A stretch of DNA of 62,642 nt, the filler included, from Actinomycetota bacterium (GTDB taxonomy: Bacteria; Actinomycetota; Acidimicrobiia; IMCC26256; VFJJ01), in assembly GCA_009886115.1 (NCBI GenBank). It is 3 parts of 3 records of this genome, joined end to end, with 100 filler letters (N's around TTAATTAATTAA, not from the genome) between each part and the next. Parts side by side here need not be neighbours in the genome. Positions count along the whole stretch, not along the records: positions 1 to 27,841 come from VFJJ01000188.1; 2 more parts are not named here. One strand, given 5' to 3'. Positions 8,467 to 18,716 of this stretch are shown here, piece by piece. Each line of letters opens with the position of its first letter. Position 1 is the first letter of the stretch. The notes under the pieces are model-generated. The model was not told the DNA's origin, did no database searches, and worked only from the letters and a program-made list of their open reading frames with translations. The position numbers and the translations under genes are program-made.

Positions 8467-9537
8467 ATGAGTCGGCTCGACTCGTTCGTCGCCGATCGTC
8501 AGCCCGACTGGAACCAGCTCGCCCTGCTCGTCTCGCACGTCGAGAGCGACCGCCGGGGGCTCACGCCCGACAGCCTGCACACCCTCGGACGGCTCTATCG
8601 GGCGGCGTCGGCCGATCTGGCGTGGTGCCGCCAGCTCCAGCCCGACGGGGGCGTCACCGAATCCCTCGACGACCTCGTCGGTCGGGCCCGCCACATCGTG
8701 TACGCACACGTCGGCCGTCGAGCTGGGATGCGACGATTCTTCTCGCGCACCTACTGGCAGCGGATCAGGGAACGACCCCGCCTCCTCGCGGTGTGCGCCG
8801 TGCTCCTGTTCGGTCCCGGCGTGGTGAGCGCCGTCTGGGCCAGCGAGCATCCCGATCGGGCGGCGCACCTCCTCCCTGAGGAGTACCGGTCCGTCGGCGA
8901 CAACCCCGGCGGCGACCTCGGGCTGTCGACGGCCGAGCAGTCGGCTTTCGCCAGCCAGATCTTCACCAACAACATCCAGGTCTCGTTCCTGGCCTTCGCC
9001 GGCGGGATCGCCCTGTGCCTCGGGACGGCATTCGTGCTCTTCCAGAACGGGCTCCTCCTCGGCGGCGTGGCCGGCCTGTCGATCGCCGCAGGCAACGAGG
9101 GCCCGTTCGTCGAGCTGGTCTCGGCCCACGGCGTGCTCGAGTTGTCGGTCATCGTCGTGTGCGCCGCCGCCGGCATGCGCATGGGCTGGGCCGTGATCGA
9201 CCCGGGCGTCCAGGCCCGCGGAGCGGCGATCGTCGAGCAGGGCCGCGCCGGCGTCGAGATCGTGCTCGGCACCATGCCCTGGTTCGTGCTGGCCGGGCTG
9301 GTGGAGGGATTCGTGACTCCCCGAGGCCTGGGGCCGGGTGGAGCGCTCCTGGTCGGCGTGCCGATCGGGCTCGTCTACTGGGCGCTCGTGGTGTGGCGGG
9401 GCCGGCCCGATGCCCTCGTGATGCCGGTCACAGCCGCGCTCGGGCCTTGGCCCGGAGGTACGAAGCAACGCAGGCCGCTGAAAGCCGGAGCGCCGGGACC
9501 GAGATCACCTCGACGCCGAGTGCTCCGAGCCGGTTGA
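8467..9537 (+). CDS. SpoIIM (DUF95) family membrane protein
   Basis: LYRAASADLA, IFTNNIQV, NGLLLG, HGVLEL, LAGLVEGFVTP. Confidence 0.88.
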   Translation: MSRLDSFVADRQPDWNQLALLVSHVESDRRGLTPDSLHTLGRLYRAASADLAWCRQLQPDGGVTESLDDLVGRARHIVYAHVGRRAGMRRFFSRTYWQRIRERPRLLAVCAVLLFGPGVVSAVWASEHPDRAAHLLPEEYRSVGDNPGGDLGLSTAEQSAFASQIFTNNIQVSFLAFAGGIALCLGTAFVLFQNGLLLGGVAGLSIAAGNEGPFVELVSAHGVLELSVIVVCAAAGMRMGWAVIDPGVQARGAAIVEQGRAGVEIVLGTMPWFVLAGLVEGFVTPRGLGPGGALLVGVPIGLVYWALVVWRGRPDALVMPVTAALGPWPGGTKQRRPLKAGAPGPRSPRRRVLRAG

Positions 9538-10783
9538 CCACGGCGTCGCGGGCCACGCTCACGTCGAGCGCCGCGGCCGCCGCGTACACGTCGACCTTGG
9601 TATCGGGCGCCCGGCGCAGCGCGGCATCGACCCCGGGCTCGGCGATGGCCACGACGAGCACGTGATGTCGGCGGGCGATACCGGGCAGGGCCTCGAGCAG
9701 GAGACGAGCCGCGGCTTCGTCGACCAGGTCGGTGAAGACCAGCACCAGGGCGCGCTTGCCCTCGCCGACCAGACGGAACGCCGCGCCGAAGTCGCAGGTC
9801 GCCGAGGACGGCTCGAGGTCGAAGAGAGCCTGGACCACGGCGTCAGCACCCCGACGCCGTGGCGGCACCTGGCGCTGCACGTCTCGGCCCACTGCGACCA
9901 CGCCGCATCGATCACCCACCACATCGGCGACCGCGGCCACGGCCACCGCCGCGTCGATCGCCAGGTCGAGACGGGTGGCGAGTCGCGGCCCCGATGGCGC
10001 CGCGGATGCCGGTGCCTGCCCGGGCGAGCTCTCTGAAGGCAGCCGGGCCCCGTTGGCACCGTCGACGGCCAGGTCGATGGGCGAGGCCATGAGCCGGCCG
10101 GTGTCGACCACGCAGATCACGTCGCGGTCCTGCTCGACCCGGTATTGGTTGCTCATGGGCCGGCCCATCCGTTCGGTGGCCCGCCAGTTCACCTGGCGAA
10201 CGTCGTCGTCGGGGAGGTACTCGCGCACCGACTCGAACTCGGTGCCCAAGCCGAGGGGGCCTCGCGCCACCACCCCGGCCTCACGGAAGGTGCCCCGTCT
10301 GACGGCTCGAGCGAGCCGATGGGCCGCGGGAAGATCGGGGTAGACGACCAGCTCACCGGGCGAGCCGACGATGGATCGCGACGCCAGCCCGAGCGGCCCG
10401 ATCGCTCTGAGCGCCGGCGGCGGGAGCCGATGACGGCCGCGCCGGTGCCCGGTGAGCGACGCGTCGTAGCTCCCGGAGGCACACTCGACGACAGACCCGA
10501 TCTCCACGTCGGGCGGTGCGGGCTGGCGCACCACGACGAGCCGGGGCGCGGCCCCCGTCCGTGCGCCATTGATCCCGACGGTGATCGTGAAGGGCTCGGC
10601 GACTCCCCGGGCGACGATGGTCGGGATTGATCGATCGATCGAGATTTTTCGGAACGTATGGCGAACGTCGACCAGCCACGCCAGCGCGAGGAGGTTCGCG
10701 GCCGTCGCCGCCAGCCAGATGGGAGCGACGAGCACGCTCAGGGCGCACAGGGCCAGCCCCAGGGCGACCCGCGAGGTCGGCAC
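9428..10783 (-). CDS. DUF58 (vWA-like) protein
   Basis: GTEFESVREY..DDDVRQVNWRAT, VDTGRLM, FTDL. Confidence 0.9.
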   Translation of the reverse strand: MPTSRVALGLALCALSVLVAPIWLAATAANLLALAWLVDVRHTFRKISIDRSIPTIVARGVAEPFTITVGINGARTGAAPRLVVVRQPAPPDVEIGSVVECASGSYDASLTGHRRGRHRLPPPALRAIGPLGLASRSIVGSPGELVVYPDLPAAHRLARAVRRGTFREAGVVARGPLGLGTEFESVREYLPDDDVRQVNWRATERMGRPMSNQYRVEQDRDVICVVDTGRLMASPIDLAVDGANGARLPSESSPGQAPASAAPSGPRLATRLDLAIDAAVAVAAVADVVGDRCGVVAVGRDVQRQVPPRRRGADAVVQALFDLEPSSATCDFGAAFRLVGEGKRALVLVFTDLVDEAAARLLLEALPGIARRHHVLVVAIAEPGVDAALRRAPDTKVDVYAAAAALDVSVARDAVVNRLGALGVEVISVPALRLSAACVASYLRAKARARL

Positions 10784-10798
10784 GGGCGTCCCCCGAGC

Positions 10799-11881
10799 TC
10801 AGCGGGGGACGGGCACCGTGGCGAGCACGGTGGCGATGGCGTCGGCCGGACGGTACCGGTCGAGCGTGGCCTCACTGCGGAGCACGAGCCGATGCTTGAG
10901 CACCGGCGACGCCAGCGCAGCCACGTCGTCGGGCGTGACGAAGTCGCGTCCGTTGAGCCGGGCGACGGCCTTGGAGGCCGCGAGCAGATGGACCCCCGCC
11001 CGAGGGCTGGCGCCGAGCAGCACGCTGGGCAACGTGCGGGTGGCCCTGACGAGGGCCGAGATGTACCCGAGCACCTCGTCGTAGACCCGGGTGGCGTCGA
11101 CCTCGACACGGGCGGCCACGAGGCGCTCGACGCTGGCCACCGCCCGGACGTCGTCGAGGCCCAGCGGGCTGGTCCCGTGGTGGCCCAGCTTGAGCAGCGC
11201 GATCTCGTCGTCGGCCTCGGGGTAGCCGATCTCGATCTGCATCAGGAACCGGTCGAGCTGAGCCTCGGGCAGCGGGTACGTGCCCTCGTACTCGATGGGG
11301 TTCTGGGTGGCCACGACCAGGAAGGGGATCGGGAGCTGATGCGAGGTGCCGTCGACGGTGACCTGCTGCTCCTGCATGGCCTCGAGCAGCGCCGCCTGGG
11401 TCTTGGGCGGGGTTCGATTGATCTCGTCGGCCAGCACGACGCTGGCGAAGATCGGTCCGGGCCGGAACACCAGCGCCCCGTCGCTGCCCTGGCGCAACGC
11501 CACCGTCCCCGTGAGGTCGCTCGGGAGCATGTCGGGCGTGAACTGCACCCGCCGGAACGTGACCCCGAGGGCCTGGGCCCAGATCCGCGCCAGCAGCGTC
11601 TTGGCCACGCCGGGCGGGCCTTCCAACAGCACGTGACCGCCGACGGATGCCGCCACGAGCAGCGCGTCGATCGTCCGCTGCTGACCGACGACGAGCCGGT
11701 TCACCTGGGCGCTCAGGTCGTTCCGCAACGCCTGCAGCACACCCACCACCGGTGTCGGGACCGAGGGTGGGGGCACGGCGCCGGGACCGGTGGCCGTGGC
11801 GTGGGTCCCATCGGGCTGGGCCACGGTCGTCGGCGTGCCAGGGAACTCGGGGAGCTCGGGAAGCTCGGGGAGGTCGGTCAT
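10799..11881 (-). CDS. MoxR family AAA+ ATPase
   Basis: GHVLLEGPPGVAKT, QFTPDMLPSD, LADEINRTPPKTQAALLEAMQE, ATQNPIEYEGTYPLPEAQLDRF. Confidence 0.95.
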   Translation of the reverse strand: MTDLPELPELPEFPGTPTTVAQPDGTHATATGPGAVPPPSVPTPVVGVLQALRNDLSAQVNRLVVGQQRTIDALLVAASVGGHVLLEGPPGVAKTLLARIWAQALGVTFRRVQFTPDMLPSDLTGTVALRQGSDGALVFRPGPIFASVVLADEINRTPPKTQAALLEAMQEQQVTVDGTSHQLPIPFLVVATQNPIEYEGTYPLPEAQLDRFLMQIEIGYPEADDEIALLKLGHHGTSPLGLDDVRAVASVERLVAARVEVDATRVYDEVLGYISALVRATRTLPSVLLGASPRAGVHLLAASKAVARLNGRDFVTPDDVAALASPVLKHRLVLRSEATLDRYRPADAIATVLATVPVPR

Positions 11882-13032
11882 GAAGGTCCTCGGTCGGCGG
11901 GGTCGGATCCACGGTGGAGTCGGGCATGGGCGCGGCCGATCACGAGCAGATCGACGGTGGCCGGGTCGGGGGCTCGCAGCGCTTCGACCTCGTCGGGTTC
12001 GAGCCCGAGCCCCGGCGCGGCCGCACCGATGGAGTCCACGCTGGCGCTGGTGGGGAGCCCGGCCCGTCGGGCAACGAGGCTCCGGCATCGGGTCTGGAAG
12101 GCCTCGGCCAGCCCCGCCGAGTCCTTGCGCCGGGCCAGCCCCGCGGCGATGGCCTCCACGAACTCGGCTCGAGGCGGCGGGAGCTCCCGCCGGGGCTGGT
12201 CGGGCTCGCCGACCCTGCGGCTGCGGGCCAGCATCCACACGAGCGCGGCAGCGGTCGTCCCGGCCAGGAACCACCGCCAGTCGCCCGGGATCGCGCCCAG
12301 ACCATCGCTGCCCTGGTAGCCGTGCTGGCCTTCCGAGAACACGACGGGCCGCCCGGGCTCGCCGACGACGGCCAGCGCGAACGCGGCATTGTCGGTGAGC
12401 GGAAGGTGCTCGTTGTCGAAGACGGTGGCATCGGCGACAGCGACGAGTCGTCCACCCCCGACGGCATCGGGACCCGTCCGGTCCGGGGCCACCGTCGAGG
12501 TGGCGATCCCGGCCACGACCGTCGAATCGTCGACCAGGATCGGCAGCAGCAGCTCTGGAGACGACCAGCCACCGGCACCCGCCCCGGAGACCTCCGAGAC
12601 CCTGGTCGTCTCGAGCACGGGAGCCGCGACGTGCGAGAGGACCGTCGTCGACGAGCCTTGGGGACGGGCGCCACCGGTCACCACCTCGACGATCGCGGCA
12701 GCACCCGAGCCGCCGGCCACGAGCCGACCACCGCTGTCGACGAACGTGGCGAGGTGGCCCAGCGACTCGTCGTCGAGCTCACCGGCGTCGAGGAGCACCA
12801 ACGTCGAGTCGGCGTCGAGATCACCGAATGCCAGGCTTCCGGTGCGAGCCACGGCATGGTCGAAGCGCCCGAGCAGGGCGGCCCAGGCCGCGACGCCTTC
12901 GGGGGTGGTCGAGTACGACGACGACGGGGGACCGCTGGGGCCTCGGCTGTCGGCATCGAGCACGAACGCCACGACCACGAGCATGACCAGCACGCCGACG
13001 CTCACCAGGAGCGGTCGGCGCCGGCCGCTCAC
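11878..13032 (-). CDS. DUF4350-like membrane-anchored protein
   Basis: N-terminal TM, SSYSTTPEGVAA, DNAAFAL, FSEGQHG, second TM then RRVG..P; position in MoxR operon. Confidence 0.7.
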   Translation of the reverse strand: MSGRRRPLLVSVGVLVMLVVVAFVLDADSRGPSGPPSSSYSTTPEGVAAWAALLGRFDHAVARTGSLAFGDLDADSTLVLLDAGELDDESLGHLATFVDSGGRLVAGGSGAAAIVEVVTGGARPQGSSTTVLSHVAAPVLETTRVSEVSGAGAGGWSSPELLLPILVDDSTVVAGIATSTVAPDRTGPDAVGGGRLVAVADATVFDNEHLPLTDNAAFALAVVGEPGRPVVFSEGQHGYQGSDGLGAIPGDWRWFLAGTTAAALVWMLARSRRVGEPDQPRRELPPPRAEFVEAIAAGLARRKDSAGLAEAFQTRCRSLVARRAGLPTSASVDSIGAAAPGLGLEPDEVEALRAPDPATVDLLVIGRAHARLHRGSDPADRGPS

Positions 13033-14189
13033 GGTTCGATCCGGATGACGGCCGTCGTGGGCGCAGATGCCGACGCCATCGGACGCGTCTCGCCGACCAG
13101 GACCGGTTGTCCGGCGGGACGCTCCCCGGCGGGGCCAGACCAGACCGGCCCCAGGGTGCGAGCCCGCAGGCGTTCGGCATCGACGATCGTCGGCCACAGG
13201 CGCCACGCCCGATCACTGTCGTCGGAGGTGGCGAGCCGATGTCCGTAGAGGATCGCGTCGAAGGCCCGGGCCAGGTCGTCGAACTCGGTCGAGCCCAGGC
13301 AGTCGGCCGCGGCCCGGTTCGTGAGCCCCGGTTCCAGATCGAGGGCCCCCACCGATTCGAGGCGGAGCAGCCCGGCCTGGAATCGAAGCCGCACGGCGCG
13401 ATCGTGATCGCCGCGTTGGCGGGCACGGTCGGCCTCGCGTTCGAGGTGACCGGCTCGAAGCGCCGTCGCTCGGACTCGCGCTTCGGGCGAGTCGTCGTCG
13501 ACTCGCGACCGGACCCGCTGGCGGACGAGCACCACCACAGCCAACGCCAACGCCCCGATCAGCACGACAGCGAAGATCACCGAGAGATCCCCCCCACCTC
13601 CAGTGCCGTCGGTGCCCCCGACAGGGTCGTCGTTGGCGACGCCGTCGTCGTCGGACCCCAGCGCCTCCCGAACCCGTTCGATCACCGAACGGAACGGACG
13701 GAAGCCCTCACGCTCGTGATAGCGGTCGCCCTCGAGGATCTCGATGGCTGCGCTCGAGGGATCGGCAGCCGACCCGACCCCGCCCCTGGCCGACGCTTCG
13801 GCCAGGGCGACCGAGAGGTGCCGGAGACGTTCCACGAGCACGTCGACGTCGGGATCATCGAGCGCCGCGGCGAGGTCGACCGCTCGACCAGCGACGATGT
13901 CGACGCGCCGGAGCTCGTCGAGCGCCTCCGAGTCGGCGACCGAATCGCCGGCGAGCTCGACGATCGCCCTCGCGACCAGCGCGCCGACCTCCTCGACGGT
14001 CGATTCGGCGGCCCCCGCACGACGTCCGCCGAGATCGTGCCCGGCCCAGCCGACGAACGGCCCGACGGCGGTCGCCGCGACGAGGACGGCAACGACCACG
14101 ACCAGCCGAGGAAACCAGAACGATCGAGAGTCGTGGATCGTTTCACCGTCGACCAGCTGACTCACGTCGATCGGGTAAGCGCCCGTCAT
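13029..14189 (-). CDS. DUF4129-like protein
   Basis: C-terminal AVRLRFQAGL..L..PGLTN..FDAILYG after a TM; 4-bp overlaps with neighbours. Confidence 0.7.
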   Translation of the reverse strand: MTGAYPIDVSQLVDGETIHDSRSFWFPRLVVVVAVLVAATAVGPFVGWAGHDLGGRRAGAAESTVEEVGALVARAIVELAGDSVADSEALDELRRVDIVAGRAVDLAAALDDPDVDVLVERLRHLSVALAEASARGGVGSAADPSSAAIEILEGDRYHEREGFRPFRSVIERVREALGSDDDGVANDDPVGGTDGTGGGGDLSVIFAVVLIGALALAVVVLVRQRVRSRVDDDSPEARVRATALRAGHLEREADRARQRGDHDRAVRLRFQAGLLRLESVGALDLEPGLTNRAAADCLGSTEFDDLARAFDAILYGHRLATSDDSDRAWRLWPTIVDAERLRARTLGPVWSGPAGERPAGQPVLVGETRPMASASAPTTAVIRIEP

Positions 14190-15004
14190 GAGCCGGGAGC
14201 CCGAGCGTCGACCCGTGGCGCTCCAGCCTGCTCGAGCGCAGCGAACCGCAGGGCCAGGTCGAAACCTTCGCGGCGCACCCGCAGGTCGAAGTAGGTGAGC
14301 ACGACCAGCGAGACCCAGACCGGTCCCGTCACGATGCCGGTCAGCACGAGCGGCACCCACGCCACGACGAACCGGGTGACCTCGCCATCGGACCCCGAGA
14401 ACAGCAGCGACACCGGCGTCGCCAGCGAGGTGGCCAGGAGCATGCCCAAGAAGGCGGCGGTGGCGTATCCGCCCAGGGTCTTCCACCACCGTCCCCGGGT
14501 GAGGCGGAACGAGCGCCGCAGGGCCCGAGAGGCACCGACCCGCTCCACGTACACGACCGGAACGGTGACCGACCATGCGATGCCGAGCCAGATCGTGGCG
14601 ATCGCCGCCGTCAACAATCCCAGGGTCAAGCCCACGACCATCAGCACGATCAACAGCCCCAACGTGCCGGCGTGACGGCCCGCGGCCCGAGCGGCGAGCC
14701 GGGCCGAGGTGGGAGATCCGGCGATGGACCCGATGGCGATCTCAGCGGTGAAGACGGTCAGGAGCATCATCCCCACGATCGACAATCCAAGCGAGATGCT
14801 GGCGACGATCAGGCCATCGCCGAACTGGGTGAGCGGATCGTTGCTCGAGTCGATGGATACGGCGAACAGGCCCCCGACGGTCTGCACCGGCAGAGCGATG
14901 GCGATGGAGGCCGGTGCGAACCGCCGGAAGTTCACCCGTGCCATCCGAATCGACGCGTCGATCAACTCCCCCGTCGACAGCGCCCGCAACGCAGTGAACG
15001 ACAC
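14186..15004 (-). CDS. Integral membrane protein of the MoxR-associated cluster
   Basis: LRALSTGELID, multi-TM, ALRRSFRLTRGRWW, YFDLRVRREGFDL. Confidence 0.75.
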   Translation of the reverse strand: MSFTALRALSTGELIDASIRMARVNFRRFAPASIAIALPVQTVGGLFAVSIDSSNDPLTQFGDGLIVASISLGLSIVGMMLLTVFTAEIAIGSIAGSPTSARLAARAAGRHAGTLGLLIVLMVVGLTLGLLTAAIATIWLGIAWSVTVPVVYVERVGASRALRRSFRLTRGRWWKTLGGYATAAFLGMLLATSLATPVSLLFSGSDGEVTRFVVAWVPLVLTGIVTGPVWVSLVVLTYFDLRVRREGFDLALRFAALEQAGAPRVDARAPGS

Positions 15005-15089
15005 CGCCGCAGGCTACCTGCGCCCGCGCCACGCCCTGTCCGTCTCCACGGGTCTCGCTCCAGGGTGTCGCAGAAACTGCTCGTGCGAG

Positions 15090-16277
15090 CTACGCCACTC
15101 GGATGATGGCGGCGTCGCCTTGGCCGCCACCGCCGCAGAGGGCTGCTGCACCCAAGCCACCGCCGCGGCGCCGCAGCTCGTGGATGAGCGTGCCGAGGAT
15201 GCGGTTGCCCGACATGCCGACGGGGTGGCCCAACGCGATGGCGCCGCCGTTGACGTTGGTGACCTCGGCGGTGATGCCGAGATCCTCCATCGAAGCCAGG
15301 CCCACGGCGGCGAAGGCTTCGTTGAGCTCGAACAGGTCGATGTCGGAGACGGCCAGGCCCGCTCGTGAAGCGGCCTTCTTGATGGCTCGCGACGGCTGCG
15401 TGAGCAGCGACGTGTCGGGCCCGGCGATCTGGGCGTACGACACCAGCTCGGCCAGCGGCGTGAGACCCAGCTCCGATGCCTTGGCGCGGCTCATCACGAC
15501 CATGGCCGAAGCCCCGTCGGAGATCTGCGAGGCGTTGCCCGCGGTGATGGTGCCGCTGGGATCGAACGCGGCCCGCAGCGCGCTCAGGCTCTCGGCGGTG
15601 GTGTCGGGGCGGATCCCCTCGTCGGCGGCAACCACCAACGGAGCGCCCTTGCGCTGGGGGATCTCGATGGGGACGATCTCCTCGGCCAGCCAGCCCGCGG
15701 CCTGCGCAGCGGCGGCGCGCTGGTGCGACGCGGCAGCGAAGGCGTCCTGGGCCGCACGGGTGATCCCCGGCGCCCACTGACCCACGAACTTCTCGGTGCT
15801 CGTGCCCATGTGCACGTCGGTGAGCGCGCACCACAGGCCGTCGGTGATCATCGAGTCGAGCAGCTCGCCGTGGCCCATGCGGTAGCCGGCCCGAGCCTGG
15901 GGCAACAGGTACGGGCAGTTGGTCATCGACTCCATCCCGCCGGCGACCACGATCTCGGCGTCGCCGGCGTTGATGAGCTGGTCGGCCAGGTAGACGGTGT
16001 TCACGCCCGAGAGGCACACCTTGTTGATGATGCTCGACGGCGTCGACAGCGGAATGCCGGCGTTGACCGCAGCCTGACGGGCGGGGAGCTGGCCCGCGCC
16101 GGCGAGGATCACCTGGCCCAGGTACACGAAGTCGACCTGTTCGGGAGCCACGCCGGCGCGCGCCAGTGCGCCGGCGATGGCGATGCCACCGAGATCGCTG
16201 GCCTTGAACGACGCCAGTCCACCCGAGAACTTGCCGATGGGGGTACGGGCGTACGAAACGATGACGGAGCCGGCCAT
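15090..16277 (-). CDS. Acetyl-CoA C-acetyltransferase (thiolase)
   Basis: RTPIG, NKVCLSG, GGMESM, NEAFA, NVNGGAIALGHPVG, CGGGGQG. Confidence 0.95.
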   Translation of the reverse strand: MAGSVIVSYARTPIGKFSGGLASFKASDLGGIAIAGALARAGVAPEQVDFVYLGQVILAGAGQLPARQAAVNAGIPLSTPSSIINKVCLSGVNTVYLADQLINAGDAEIVVAGGMESMTNCPYLLPQARAGYRMGHGELLDSMITDGLWCALTDVHMGTSTEKFVGQWAPGITRAAQDAFAAASHQRAAAAQAAGWLAEEIVPIEIPQRKGAPLVVAADEGIRPDTTAESLSALRAAFDPSGTITAGNASQISDGASAMVVMSRAKASELGLTPLAELVSYAQIAGPDTSLLTQPSRAIKKAASRAGLAVSDIDLFELNEAFAAVGLASMEDLGITAEVTNVNGGAIALGHPVGMSGNRILGTLIHELRRRGGGLGAAALCGGGGQGDAAIIRVA

Positions 16278-16353
16278 GGAAGCCTCCGGGATGCGGGGAT
16301 GGGACGAGGGCGGGGTTGTCCCGATGGTACGACGGGCTCCTACCATGCCCGGC

Positions 16354-16752
16354 ATGCTCACCGAGATCGACCATGTCGCCATCGCCGTCAACGACCTCGA
16401 GGCGGCGATCGCGTACTACGAGACCGCCTACGGCGCAGTGGTCGAGCATCGCGAGCGCGTCGAGCGCGATGGCATCGACGAGGCGCTGCTCAACGTGGCC
16501 GAGTCGTACATCCAGCTCCTGTGCCCGTACGACCCGTCCTCGACCGTCGCCAAGTTCCTGGCCACCCGCGGCGAAGGCATGCACCACATCGGCTACCGGG
16601 TCAAGAGCTGCGCCGAGGTCCTCGAACGGGTCAAGGCCGCAGGCCAACGGGTGATCGACGAGACCCCCCGCCCCGGCTCACGCGGCACCACCGTGGCGTT
16701 CATCCACCCCAAGGGCGGCTTCGGGGTCCTCGTCGAGCTCGTCGAGGAGTAG
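16354..16752 (+). CDS. mce: Methylmalonyl-CoA epimerase
   Basis: [37 protein letters not shown]. Confidence 0.92.
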   Translation: MLTEIDHVAIAVNDLEAAIAYYETAYGAVVEHRERVERDGIDEALLNVAESYIQLLCPYDPSSTVAKFLATRGEGMHHIGYRVKSCAEVLERVKAAGQRVIDETPRPGSRGTTVAFIHPKGGFGVLVELVEE

Positions 16753-16807
16753 CCCCGGGCTGCGCCCGGACCGGGTCCGCCGCGCTCGCCGACGGTACCC
16801 TGTCGCC

Positions 16808-18415
16808 ATGGCGATCGAAGAGATTCCGCCGGGCGCGCCCATCGCTCAGCCGACGGCACCCGTCCATCCCCTCACGGAGCGGCTGGAGCTGCTCGCCACG
16901 TTGAAGGAGCAGGCGCTGCACGCCGGGAGCCCCGCTGCGGTGAAGCGCCAGCACGAGCGGGGCAAGCTCACCGCCCGGGAGCGCATCGAGAAGCTGCTCG
17001 ACCCGGGCTCGTTCGTCGAGCTCGACATGTTGGCTCGGCATCGGGCGCACGGCTTCGGCATCGAGGACACCCGTCCACTCACCGACGGTGTCGTCACCGG
17101 CTGGGGCCGCATCGACGGCCGGAAGGTGTTCCTGTTCTCGCAGGACTTCACGGTCTTCGGCGGTTCGCTGGGTGAGGTCTTCGCCGAGAAGATCCACAAG
17201 GTGATGGACCTCGCCGAGTCGGTCGGGGCGCCGTTCATCGGAATCAACGACGGCGCCGGGGCCCGCATCCAGGAGGGCGTCGTGAGCCTCGACGCCTACG
17301 GCGGCATCTTCTTCCGCAACGTGAAGGCCTCGGGCGTCATCCCCCAGATCAGCGTGATCATGGGTCCCTGCGCCGGCGGCGCGGTCTACAGCCCGGCCAT
17401 GACCGACTTCATCTTCATGGTCAAGGGCACCTCGCACATGTACATCACCGGCCCCGACGTCGTGAAGACCGTCACCGGCGAAGACGTCACCCACGAGGAG
17501 CTCGGCGGGGCCATGACGCACGCCCAGAAGTCGGGTGTGGCCACCTACGTCACCGAGGACGAGGAGCACTGTCTCGAGCAGGTCCGCTACCTGCTCAGCT
17601 TCCTCCCGTCGAACAACCTGGAGGACCCGCCGGTCGTCGAATGCACCGACGATCCCGAGCGGCTCTGCGACGGCATCCTCAAGGTGATGCCCGACTCGCC
17701 CAACCAGGCCTACGACATGCGCAAGATCATCCTCGAGGTCGCCGACGACGGCGAGTTCCTCGAGTACTTCCCGCTGTGGGCGCAGAACATCGTGTGCGGC
17801 TTCTCCCGCCTCGACGGCCACGTGGTGGGCGTGGTCGGCAACCAGCCCCAGGTGCTCGCCGGGGCGCTCGACATCGACGCGTCCGAGAAGGCCGCCAAGT
17901 TCGTGCGGACGTGCGACGCGTTCAACATCGCGCTCGTCACCTACGTCGACGTGCCCGGCTTCCTACCCGGCACCGACCAGGAGTACGGCGGCATCATCCG
18001 CCACGGCGCCAAGTTGCTCTACGCGTTCTGCGAGGCGACCGTCCCCCGGGTGCAGATCATCACGCGCAAGGCCTACGGCGGGGCGTACGTCGTCATGAAC
18101 TCCAAGTCGATCGGCGCCGACATCGCCTACGCCTGGCCCACCGGCGAGGTGGCCGTCATGGGATCGCAGGGCGCGGTGAACGTGATCTTCCGCAAGGAGA
18201 TCGAGGCCGCAGCCGACCCCGTGCTCCGCCGGGCCGAGCTGATCGCCGACTACAACGAGAAGTTCGCCAACCCGTACCCGGCGGCCGAGCGCGGCTACGT
18301 CGACGACGTGATCGACCCCCGTCAGACCCGCACCATGGTCATCAAGGCCCTGCGGATGCTGCGGACCAAGAAGGAGATCCTGCCGCAGCGCAAGCACGGG
18401 AACATGCCGCTGTGA
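16808..18415 (+). CDS. Acyl-CoA (propionyl-CoA-type) carboxylase beta subunit
   Basis: [55 protein letters not shown]. Confidence 0.95.
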   Translation: MAIEEIPPGAPIAQPTAPVHPLTERLELLATLKEQALHAGSPAAVKRQHERGKLTARERIEKLLDPGSFVELDMLARHRAHGFGIEDTRPLTDGVVTGWGRIDGRKVFLFSQDFTVFGGSLGEVFAEKIHKVMDLAESVGAPFIGINDGAGARIQEGVVSLDAYGGIFFRNVKASGVIPQISVIMGPCAGGAVYSPAMTDFIFMVKGTSHMYITGPDVVKTVTGEDVTHEELGGAMTHAQKSGVATYVTEDEEHCLEQVRYLLSFLPSNNLEDPPVVECTDDPERLCDGILKVMPDSPNQAYDMRKIILEVADDGEFLEYFPLWAQNIVCGFSRLDGHVVGVVGNQPQVLAGALDIDASEKAAKFVRTCDAFNIALVTYVDVPGFLPGTDQEYGGIIRHGAKLLYAFCEATVPRVQIITRKAYGGAYVVMNSKSIGADIAYAWPTGEVAVMGSQGAVNVIFRKEIEAAADPVLRRAELIADYNEKFANPYPAAERGYVDDVIDPRQTRTMVIKALRMLRTKKEILPQRKHGNMPL

Positions 18416-18702
18416 CCGGGCCGACATCCGGCCCGACACCCGGGGCGACGCCCGCTCCGATCCTGCGTTCGATCACGCCCGACGCCACGGCCGAGGAGGT
18501 CGCGGCGATCGTCGCGGTCATCGCCATCGTCGAGGACGATCGCCGCCGGGCCATCGCGCTGGCTCAGGCCGTCGCCTCGACCCTGTCCGACGAGCCGCTC
18601 GACGCCTGGGTCCGGGTCTCGCGTCTGGGTTCGCGGCGGATCGGGATGCAACGCGGTCCGTGGCGCATCGCCGGTCGCATCGCCCGACGCTCGCGCATCT
18701 GA
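18412..18702 (+). CDS. Acyl-CoA carboxylase epsilon subunit-like protein
   Basis: GTGA overlap with beta subunit; [15 protein letters not shown] and a downstream W, typical of AccE. Confidence 0.65.
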   Translation: MTGPTSGPTPGATPAPILRSITPDATAEEVAAIVAVIAIVEDDRRRAIALAQAVASTLSDEPLDAWVRVSRLGSRRIGMQRGPWRIAGRIARRSRI

Positions 18703-18716
18703 GCGCTGCAGCCGGG

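Noticed and set aside
8467..9537. Sporulation capacity from the SpoIIM label
   Set aside because: The DUF95 family is widespread in non-sporulators and here belongs to the MoxR cluster.
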